A stretch of DNA of 64,000 bases, taken from NCBI GenBank assembly GCA_965228855.1, contig CBDDIJ010000005.1, forward strand, positions 1,248,001 to 1,312,000. The letters run 5' to 3'. Source of the stretch: Candidatus Obscuribacterales bacterium (GTDB taxonomy: Bacteria; Cyanobacteriota; Vampirovibrionia; Obscuribacterales; Obscuribacteraceae). A program made the position numbers and the translations under genes. Below, piece after piece: positions 9,257 to 18,200 of this stretch; within the stretch, counting starts at the first letter, position 1; the number at the start of each line of letters is the position of its first letter. The notes beneath the pieces are model-generated. The model was not told where the DNA came from. It saw only the letters and a list, made by a program, of their open reading frames with translations, and did no database searches.

Positions 9257-9979
9257 ATGGACGCGAAACAAATCATTGACGCGATGCGAGAAAACTATCT
9301 TCGGTGCATATCCTACGAAGACCGTGGCTCGATCAGCCGTGTAGGTCGAACTCTCGCTGAAGACAAAATACTTAGCGGAAAATTTACCAACACCTTCATC
9401 CGTCCGAATTTACTCAAATTTGACCTGACTACGGATGAGGACGGGCTGAAACGGCACTTCATGCTTCAGGCTGATGGCGACTCGGTACGGGCGTTCGACG
9501 AACACAGCCCAGACGTAAGACCTGTACAAACGCTTGCGTTTGATTCTTTCAAAGGTGCGCTCCAGACCGTTGGCGGGATCACCGAAGGCGTCACAAACAC
9601 AGTGCTTTCACTTCTGGGTGAAATCAATCCTAAATACTCCCTCTTAAATGCGAGCACACTGCAACGAGCCGATGACGAGATTATCGAGGCAGTTCCCTGC
9701 TATAAAATTGAGTTTGTAATAGACCCATTCGTCGCAATCGAGGGAACTGCCTGGGTATCCATTGATTCATTCACGCTGCGGAGACTAGAAGAACGAACGG
9801 TTTACACGCAGGAGTTTGGTGCCTTCGCGATAGAACAAACAAAAATTTTCCTTGAGGCCGAGGGAATATCCCACAACGAAGAGGACCAACCTATCAGCCT
9901 TACCCGCATTTTCAGTTTCGCAGAGGTCACTTTTAATAACAGCATTAGTATCGACAAAATTACAGACCACAGATTCTGA
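9257..9979 (+). CDS. LolA-like-fold protein, array paralog 7 (near-duplicate of paralog 1)
   Basis: About 30 differences in 240 aa from paralog 1 by manual comparison. Confidence 0.8.
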   Translation: MDAKQIIDAMRENYLRCISYEDRGSISRVGRTLAEDKILSGKFTNTFIRPNLLKFDLTTDEDGLKRHFMLQADGDSVRAFDEHSPDVRPVQTLAFDSFKGALQTVGGITEGVTNTVLSLLGEINPKYSLLNASTLQRADDEIIEAVPCYKIEFVIDPFVAIEGTAWVSIDSFTLRRLEERTVYTQEFGAFAIEQTKIFLEAEGISHNEEDQPISLTRIFSFAEVTFNNSISIDKITDHRF

Positions 9980-10239
9980 CACCCCCATGCATATCCATCA
10001 CTGCTGTTCGATTCTTAGTCGGCGATACAACAGCATAGCGCTAGAGCCAGGTCAGCCGGATTAGACCTCCAGGGCGGGATGCGATTGATACTACAGGCGG
10101 TGCCTACGGTTAACGTCTAGTAAAATCTCCAAAGAGCCTGATGGAAAAGTAATTAACAGCAACGAACCAATGCGTGGAGAATGACTGCGAATCGGGCAGA
10201 ATATTTTCAGGCAAACTCTACTTTCATTTGGAGAACAGA

Positions 10240-10932
10240 ATGCTACCGAAATCATTGCTCGGCGTGCTCGCAGGATTATTGTTAGTTGCCCCTGCATTCT
10301 CTCAACCCAGCCCGGAAGAGTCTCTTCAGCGACTGAAGGAAGGGAACAAGAGCTACTTGAACGGGATTCAGCGGTTTCCAAAGATCGATCCGATCCGACG
10401 GCTAAAGACCGCTGTTGAAGGCCAGAGGCCAATCGCAACAGTGCTTGGATGTTCCGACGCGAGGGTGCCGGTAGAGGTAGCTTTCGATAAAGCGTTCGGC
10501 GATCTCTTCATCGTCCGCGTGGCAGGGAACGTCTGCCAGATGGCGGAGTTGGCATCAGTGGAGTACGGCGTTAATTATTTGAAGACGCCGCTAGTAGTGG
10601 TGCTCGGGCACACCAAGTGAGGTGCCGTGCATGCGGCAGCGCAAGGCACTGAGTTAAGCGGCAGCTTGCCGAAGCTCATGGCGGAGATTCGTCCGGCGAT
10701 AGACGCTACGCGGCGCAAACATCCTGAGCTCAAAGGCGAAGCGCTGGCCGAGGCTGCTGTTGACGAAAACGTCTGGAAATCGATTGAAGATCTTCTGGGC
10801 GGTAGCGAACCCATCAGAAAAGCCGTCCATGAAAAACGTGTCCTTATTGTCGGTGGTGTCCGTGATATAAAGACGGGCAAGATTACTTGGTTGGGCGAAC
10901 ATCCTGAGCAAGCGCGCCTGGTTGCGCAATAA
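10240..10932 (+). CDS. Periplasmic beta-class carbonic anhydrase with in-frame TGA at the HxxC cysteine (selenoprotein candidate or nonsense mutant)
   Basis: GGAG then ATG at 10240; signal peptide MLPKSLLGVLAGLLLVAPAFS; motifs LGCSDARV, GDLFIVRVAGN, SVEYGV, VVLGHTK*GAV. Track ORFs 10174-10620 and 10627-10932 share one frame and are separated only by TGA 10618-10620. Confidence 0.9.
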
Positions 10933-11225
10933 ATCAATGGAATTGGGGAGGCTGATGCGGCGTTTCGGCTTATGGCAGGATAGCGCCAATGGGTCAGGGT
11001 TCAGACTGCCGCGGGCAAATCGCGTACCTCTTTTAAAATTCGCGCCTTTTGACCTGAGTACTCGAGCATTGCCACATCATGAGGAATTCAACAGCAGCAG
11101 ACTAAACAACTTTGTAATATCTCCGCAGTATTCTGATTTCATCGAACCGATTCCTGAATGAATCGACTGCTAACAAGCGCTCTAGCGTCTTCCCAGCAAG
11201 TTTTTATTCTCTGAAGGTATTTACT

Positions 11226-11513
11226 ATGATGAAATCACTCCCGGCCGTTTTCCTCTCTATCGTCCTCATGCAGTCAGCAGCACAGGCATGCGAAGGTGCG
11301 CACACCGAATGCCTCAACGTTCAAAAGTATTCGACCGTCGAAGCCTGCAATGAAGCGATAGCGAGAGACAAAACCGATGTTCACGCGTGGCTTGATCGCG
11401 GGGTTCATTACTCCAGGAAGGGACTCGAACTTGCAGCAGCAGCGGACTTTGACGAAGCCGGTAGGTTGATGGAGAGCGCAGAACCAAAAGTGAAGGTTGC
11501 ATCTAACAATTAA
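11226..11513 (+). CDS. Small secreted protein with a TPR-like repeat
   Basis: Signal peptide ending AAQA; ACNEAIARDKTDVHAWLDRG...AAADFDEA resembles a TPR. Confidence 0.65.
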   Translation: MMKSLPAVFLSIVLMQSAAQACEGAHTECLNVQKYSTVEACNEAIARDKTDVHAWLDRGVHYSRKGLELAAAADFDEAGRLMESAEPKVKVASNN

Positions 11514-11525
11514 GCGAGGATCGAA

Positions 11526-12314
11526 CTACCCTTCCTCATCCAAGAGGTCCAGAAGTGGTGTCCGCGACAATAGCTGCTTGATCTGTTTTTCGTGATCGTT
11601 CAAAAAATTCCTGGTCACCTGATAGTGTTCGGTTTCGGTGTAATCAACCTCTCGAATTCCAGAATCATCGAATAGATAGATTCTCGCATTGGGATAAGCC
11701 ATCAGGATTGGGGAGTGGGTCGCAATGATGAATTGTGATTCGTTCAAGATCAACTGATTGATTCGAGCCAACGCTTCAAGTTGACGTGTTGGAGATAATG
11801 CCGCCTCTGGTTCATCCAGAAGGTAGAGACCATTGCCTTGAATAGACTCATTTAGGATGGTCAAAAACGATTCACCGTGAGACCGATGATGAAGTGACTT
11901 TCCGCCGTAACGACCGTAGACTATTCCCGCTGGAGCGATTCCCTCTTTCACCATATCCTCGAAATAGGTGCCGACATTGAAAAAGGTTTCGGCTCGCAAG
12001 AAAAATTTGTCGCGCGGCCGTTGAAAACTTCGACGCGGGCGCATGAAGTTGTGAAGCTTAGAAAGACCGCTATCGTCAGAGATTTCGAAGTTGCCGGTTC
12101 CGCCCTGTGCACCGAAGTCCATTACTGTAGCTATCGCCTCAAGCAGCGTCGATTTGCCCGATCCGTTCTCGCCAATAAAAAAGGTCAGATCCCTGTCAAA
12201 CTCGATTTCGTCGATGTGCCGAAGAGCAGGTATGCAAAAAGGATAGGAGAAACCAGCATCACCTTCCGGTCGGCGAATCGTAACAGCCTTGAGATACGGA
12301 CGAGGATGCAGCAT
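11526..12314 (-). CDS. Predicted ABC/AAA-type ATPase (COG3910-like)
   Basis: Walker A GENGSGKST, FFLRAETF, SHGESF, Walker B LLDEPEAALSP, IATHSP. Confidence 0.9.
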   Translation of the reverse strand: MLHPRPYLKAVTIRRPEGDAGFSYPFCIPALRHIDEIEFDRDLTFFIGENGSGKSTLLEAIATVMDFGAQGGTGNFEISDDSGLSKLHNFMRPRRSFQRPRDKFFLRAETFFNVGTYFEDMVKEGIAPAGIVYGRYGGKSLHHRSHGESFLTILNESIQGNGLYLLDEPEAALSPTRQLEALARINQLILNESQFIIATHSPILMAYPNARIYLFDDSGIREVDYTETEHYQVTRNFLNDHEKQIKQLLSRTPLLDLLDEEG

Positions 12315-12320
12315 TGAGGA

Positions 12321-14276
12321 CTAGCCCGCGACACTGTGTGAATCAGGTTCGTTCTTTTCGATGATGTTGAAGTTAACGCGCAACTCGGTGATACCGCTGG
12401 AGGTGCTCTGGCAATCGATGCTAGCGCTGTGCGCCTCAATTATTTTGCGACACAGATACAATCCAAGTCCCGACCCATGTCGAATCGGAACCCCATCCAC
12501 AACACTGCGGAAGAGCGAGCGCATTTTCTCTGCCGCGATCGGACTTCCCGAGTTCTTAATCCGAAGTGATACAAATGTCGGACCAATAGCGTAAAGTCGC
12601 ACCTCGATTTTCGTGCCGGGTGAGCAATACTTGATCGCGTTGTGCAACAAATTCATCAGCAACCTGCGAATTGAATTGATATCGCCAGGAACTTCCGGGA
12701 TGTTTTCAGCGATATTCTCTTCAATCTCTACGTCAATTGTGCTTGCAACGTGCCGCACTTCCTGAATTTGCTCGCGCACAAGCTCCGGAAGATTGAGCTT
12801 TCTGAACTGCAGATTCATAGAAGACGTTTCATACTTATAAACGTCTATCAAGTTGCTCAGCATAAGCAACAGGGACTGATTGCTTTTATTAAGGGCGATG
12901 ATGAGCTGCTTCGCGCGCGGTGGCTCGACCTCTCCATGCTTGCCGCTCAAAATAGAGTCGATGACGCGCTGTCCACCGACGAGCGGATTGCGAATGTCAT
13001 GCGCAAGTGCGGCGACAAACCGCTCGCGTTGCAGTTCCAGCTCGACACGCCCGGAAACATCCGATGCAATCAACATCGCCTCTTGTCCGGAAATAATCGA
13101 CTTCCTGATTGACCAAACGTGAAAATCCCAGTAAGTCGTCGCGGTATGTGTTTGACCGATTGTTTTCATGCGGAAACTATCGCGACTGTACGGAAGGCGT
13201 TCTTCGAGAACCGATATCATCGGCAGCACTTCGAGATCCGGCAAGATGTCGAAAATGTGCTTGCCGACCAGAGAATGGCGAAGTGACTTGCACGCGCTAG
13301 CGAAACTCTCGTTGCAATCCTTTATCGAGAATGCTTCATCGATTCGCACCATCATTAGTGGCGCTCTTTCGATAACATCTCGGAGCATTTCCTTATCGGC
13401 GTCGTTTGCTCTATTTATAAGTATCTCCAAACGTCGACGCTCGACCATATTCACCAGCATCTCGTTCAAGATCGCCAGGTAGTTTCCGGAATCGCGAACG
13501 ACAAAAAGTTTCGCGCCGGCAAGAACAGCAGCTTTTCCAAGATGCTCATTACCAGGATCCACAATGGCTATAACGGGAGTGCTTTTATGCTCCTCCGAAC
13601 TGGTGAGCAATTCCACCATCTTGTCAGAGTCGGATTCTTCAACAGCCAGAATCACTGCGCTGTAGTTGTCGCCCTTAAACTTTCGCTTGCCCACGCTCCA
13701 ACTTGTGGCAAAATCGAAAGTAATCAAACCACCATGATTCAAACCTTTAAGCATGCGCTTGCGTTCTGCGGCGGAACCTTCGATTACAAGTACTTGCCGA
13801 AACTCAGAATCGAGAACTCGAATTTTTGGCTGCCTGTAAGGGGTCGCGCCACTGCTACTGCTCGCTGGCTCATCATCTTCGATATCAGTTTCACCAGAAG
13901 CGGCTTCCAAAGTTTCCTGAACTTTTTGATGGTCGATCGGCGCCTCTACCACATAATCGATATCCAATTTCTCAAACCGCTGCGCGTCAGGTTCGCTGAG
14001 CGGCGAAGTAAAAACCGCGACCTGCATTCCCTGAATTTTCAAGTCGGTAGTGACACGCTGAATCAGGTAAAGTCCATTGGTCTCAGGCGAATCGAGATCG
14101 ATTATTGTGAGAGCCGGAATCAAATCAAGCTGCGAGTTGAGAGACTTATTTAGATACTCGATACCATCATTCGCGTTGCGTGCGATAAAAAGCCGGTCTC
14201 CAGGAGAGTATTTCTTCAGAGTATGCTTGACAGTCGAAATCAGCGACGTGTTTGGGGTAATGAGTAGGATGTTCAC
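12321..14276 (-). CDS. Hybrid sensor histidine kinase (REC, degenerate REC, PAS, HisKA, HATPase)
   Basis: ALAHDIRNPL H-box, NLLHNAIKY N-box, GSGLGL G-box; N-terminal receiver-like domains. GTG start overlaps the stop of the upstream regulator. Confidence 0.85.
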   Translation of the reverse strand: MNILLITPNTSLISTVKHTLKKYSPGDRLFIARNANDGIEYLNKSLNSQLDLIPALTIIDLDSPETNGLYLIQRVTTDLKIQGMQVAVFTSPLSEPDAQRFEKLDIDYVVEAPIDHQKVQETLEAASGETDIEDDEPASSSSGATPYRQPKIRVLDSEFRQVLVIEGSAAERKRMLKGLNHGGLITFDFATSWSVGKRKFKGDNYSAVILAVEESDSDKMVELLTSSEEHKSTPVIAIVDPGNEHLGKAAVLAGAKLFVVRDSGNYLAILNEMLVNMVERRRLEILINRANDADKEMLRDVIERAPLMMVRIDEAFSIKDCNESFASACKSLRHSLVGKHIFDILPDLEVLPMISVLEERLPYSRDSFRMKTIGQTHTATTYWDFHVWSIRKSIISGQEAMLIASDVSGRVELELQRERFVAALAHDIRNPLVGGQRVIDSILSGKHGEVEPPRAKQLIIALNKSNQSLLLMLSNLIDVYKYETSSMNLQFRKLNLPELVREQIQEVRHVASTIDVEIEENIAENIPEVPGDINSIRRLLMNLLHNAIKYCSPGTKIEVRLYAIGPTFVSLRIKNSGSPIAAEKMRSLFRSVVDGVPIRHGSGLGLYLCRKIIEAHSASIDCQSTSSGITELRVNFNIIEKNEPDSHSVAG

Positions 14277-14995
14277 CGTTGCACGAGCCCCTCACGCAAA
14301 GCCTTCACCGCGGCTTGCGTGCGGTCGCAGGCGGAAAGTTTTCGGAGGATGTGGCTGACGTGGGTTTTGACAGTGTCTTTAGTTACGAAGATTCTTTCAG
14401 CTATCTCCGCGTTCGAAAGACCTTTGACTATCAAGTCGAGAATCTCGAGTTCACGAGCACTCAAGTTGATATCTGAGATCGGCGCATCTTCGGACTTTTT
14501 AGGCGGCCGACGGCCCTTTGGTTTAAACTTGAATCCGGTGCTGGAGATGATATCGGATATGGTGGCAGCCACTTCCTGATCCAACCACAGATCTCCAAGT
14601 CGAACACATGAAACCCCAGCATGAAGACGCTCAGCAGAGATCTCTTTCAAACAGTATCCCTGCGCGCCGGATGCCAGACAAGCAAACACCGTGTCAGGTG
14701 CACGGTCGGCTGTTAGCATCACTACGCGTACGTTCTCATGTTCGCGCTTAATCACGTGGGTTGCTTCTATGCCATCCATTACAGGCATTGCGACGTCCAT
14801 GAAAACAATGTCGGGTTTGTGCTGCGCGGTCTCCGCCACAGCCTGTTTTCCGTTTGCGGCTTCGCCGACGACTTCATAGTCGCCCCATTCCTCAATGATC
14901 AGCCGCAAGCCGACACGAACTATCTCATGATCGTCAGCAATTAATATGCGACCTGGTTCGCTACTATCGCTCATAGGATCAGTGACTTCTACCAT
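14273..14995 (-). CDS. NarL/LuxR-family response regulator (start uncertain)
   Basis: ILIADDH, DIVFMDVAMPVMDG, LSARELEILDLIVKGLSNAEIA...TVKTHVS. Confidence 0.92.
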   Translation of the reverse strand: MVEVTDPMSDSSEPGRILIADDHEIVRVGLRLIIEEWGDYEVVGEAANGKQAVAETAQHKPDIVFMDVAMPVMDGIEATHVIKREHENVRVVMLTADRAPDTVFACLASGAQGYCLKEISAERLHAGVSCVRLGDLWLDQEVAATISDIISSTGFKFKPKGRRPPKKSEDAPISDINLSARELEILDLIVKGLSNAEIAERIFVTKDTVKTHVSHILRKLSACDRTQAAVKALREGLVQR

Positions 14996-15287
14996 ACCAA
15001 ATGCTTGACTCTCCTTCGAAGTTACCACACGAATATTCGCACGTCTTCGACCCAGGCAGATAATTTCTGCCAATCTAATGCAAATCCCGCAAATTTAATC
15101 TAGCCGGGCATTTGGAGTCCGGTCACGAACAGAAGAAACGTTCTGGAGTTATTGCCTGAAAGCTCGTCTCTTTCCATTTTGACCGGGCTGCGAGTTGCCC
15201 GCAATCCCACCAGAGGGTTATCACCCGAAGGTGCGATTTTTCACCGGGGTGATCGTCAGGGTGAATTTCACGAATTCGCAAATAGTC

Positions 15288-18200
15288 TCACTTGACATCA
15301 CTCGGCTTTACTGCGCGATATTCGGTCCGCAAAGCGGTCATATAACCGGATCCGTGGACACGAACCTCGTAAAACTTGCCGTCCCCGTCGCGGTAAATTG
15401 TCCGATTCGTGCCGCTATCCTTTCCTACTTCTTGCAGTTTCAACTTATCGAACAGCTTAGCATTGTAAAACTGCTCTTTCGGCTGAGTGGGTTTACCGGA
15501 CCGGACTATGGCCTCTCCCGTTCCAGCATCCGCGGCGATGAAGATGGCGTCCTTTCCATCAACTTTGATTTTCTGTCCGTGTTTGAGTGATGAGATGTCA
15601 CGGATCGTTTGAGACGAAGCTTCCTTCTCTGTTGCCGTTCGTTGCAGCTCGGTCGCGGAACGCTCTGTCTCCGTGCCCGGTCGTTCCAGCTCGGTTGCTG
15701 GGCGCTCAGAGGCTGCCGAAAGGCGCTCGGCTGGTTGCGCCTGCTCCGGCGTGACAACCGTTTCAGACACCACTGATGGTCCCTTCTGGCTCTGAGGAAT
15801 TATGTCAGCTGGAGCAACTTGTTCAACTTCCGGTGGCTTCGCGGATGTCGTTTCCACCGGTTTCACTACTTTAGGTTGAGCCGCAACCACCGTTTCCGGA
15901 GGTCTCGGGGGCTCGGCAAGGACTTTGGCTGTTCTGGAACCGGTTTGATGGGCGACGGTCTTGTCGCCCTCAGGCTTTGGGACGTCGCGGTTCTCCCCTC
16001 TCGAATCACGACCGCCGTCGCGTCCGCCGCGACCGCCATCTCGTCCACCGTCCTTTCCACCATCTTTGCCGCCAAAATTGCGTCCGCCACCGTCGCCAAA
16101 GTCTCGCGGCGGTCTGGGGTCACGAATCTTACCAGCAATCATGTCGTTTACGATTTGTTGGGTTCTCTCGAAGTGTGGATTGCCCTGCGGAACCAGATTC
16201 TCAGCGACAGCCATTGCGAGCTGTTGATGCGCTTTCGTCAACTGACTGCCGTTGTCGGTGCGATGATTTTTGTTGCCGAAGAAAATGGCGTCGAGCAAAA
16301 TTTTGACGTCGCCAATGTTTTTTGTCGTTGGCAATACGTTTTGAAGCAACTCTTTGTACTCGGGCGCGGCCCGCTCAGGATCGAGCTTTTGCAAGATGTT
16401 GCGAAGCACGGTTTGATCTTGAGCGCCAAGGCGCAGCAGATTGTCGCGAATAATAGGGTCTTGAACCTGCATCAACTCTTCCAGTTTCGTCAGGCGGAAA
16501 CCGGCATCATTGGTTGGTGGTTTGAACTCTCTCTCAGGTTTACCGTCAGAACGTGGTCTTTTAGGTGGCTGTGTTTGTCGCGCCGCTTCCATTGCTTCGG
16601 CTAGCTCAACCGGCAATTTGCTGGAGTAGGTTGGCGCATCACCAGCAAACTTTGCATCGGTGACATATTGTCCCTTGAGACCTTCGACGTACCAGCGCGG
16701 GAGCGCTGCGTCAAGAACTTGGTGAGGTTGCGCTTCAGGACCTGCGCTGCCCTTTGCTTGTTCAAGTCGAGCGTCGACATAGAACCTTGCCCACTCGCTA
16801 AACTCTGGAGTCTCTCCAGTTTTCGGAGCGCTCAAAAATTGTCGAATTGCCTCGAGCGAGGGCGGAGGAGTAGCACCTTCAGGAGTCGTCTCGCCGAACC
16901 GATACTGCCTGTAAGCTTCGGCAACTTGTGGTGAAAGCAAGGCGTCACGGCCACCTACCCACAATGAACGCAAATTTGTGGCACTATTACTGGTGGCACC
17001 TTCCGGCTTCGCGTAAGCGTAGTCCAGCCATTTAGCAAATTGTTCGGTAGTCATATCGCCGAATTTTTCGGACAACAACATTGCTTCGATTTTCTTGCGC
17101 GAAGCGGGCGATTTTTCGAACGCTTCCATCCGCTGTTCCATCACCTTGGCGGGATTCTCAGCGCTGGCTAAACGGGCAGCCTCGGGAGTTTCCAGCTGAA
17201 GTCTGGTTCTTTCGGACTCGGGAGTGCGACCGGCAACTCCTTCGGTTTCAACAAACGGTTTAACACCACTTGCGATACCATTAACGTCGAGGTTGCCGAG
17301 TCTGGCCAGACCGTTGTTGAACTGGTCCACAACCGCTCCCTCACGAGCCTGCTCGGGAGTCAGGTCCAATCTGATTCGTGGTTGAACGGCACCGCCTTCG
17401 TTCACGACGGAGGAAGATTCTGCGGCTTTCGGTCCGACGTTCGCTGCAATCTTTCCATCGGCGACGTCTACAAACCGGCTCAGATTGCTTGTTCCGAAAT
17501 AGTAGTCCAGGGGTCCTGCTACCTTGCTGTATCGATTCTGTTCACCATATTGACGAGCCCAATCGTGTAAGTCTTTATTTTCGTTGAGCCATCTGAAGAC
17601 ATCGTGACGGAAATTGATGTAACCATCAACGTCTTGAGGCATCTCGCGTACGGTTTGCATAAATTGCGCCCAACGCTGATACTGATCCACGGTAGCGCCG
17701 GGTGTTTTCAATTTGATGTCGCCTTCGATGACGCGATGCTCGACGCCTTCCGGCGGCAAGTACGCCTCGCGGATCAAGGTCATCATACGAGGATCGTCTG
17801 CGTAACTCTTCGCGACTTGCGACATCGATTCTTTGAGCGCCTGCCCTTCGGGGCTGCGAGCGAACTCAAAAAACTGTTTCACTTGTGCAGGCGTGCAATT
17901 TGCATCCGAAGCTTCAAACGCCAGGTTCACACCTTTTTCAAGAGCCAGCTCCAGTCCTTTCGGAACAGAGATCTCGGTTTCTACAGGAGCGGCAACTTTC
18001 TCTGGCGCATCGACAGGCTTGCCGGCGCTGTCCGTTTCAGTCGGCTTCGCAACGGCTTCTGTTTCAACAGGTTTAGCAGCACCTTCGGTTTCTTTAGCGA
18101 CTCCGGCCGTTTCCTTCGGAGGCACGACGACTTCCGCCTCTGCTTTGACCTCTGCGGGCGGCTTTTCGCCTGGTGCCACTCTCTCGGGTGGAATCTCCGG

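Noticed and set aside
3963..9979. Diversity-generating retroelement (template/variable repeat) between paralogs 1 and 7
   Set aside because: Differences include many C/T and C/G changes (ACA/ATA, CGC/CGT, GAG/GAC) and are not adenine-specific. Both copies are full ORFs and no reverse transcriptase is present in the window.
10174..10932. Two separate genes, or genome-wide TGA reassignment
   Set aside because: The two ORFs are consecutive in-frame halves of one beta-CA, and TGA acts as a stop at aligned ends of paralogs and in many other genes.
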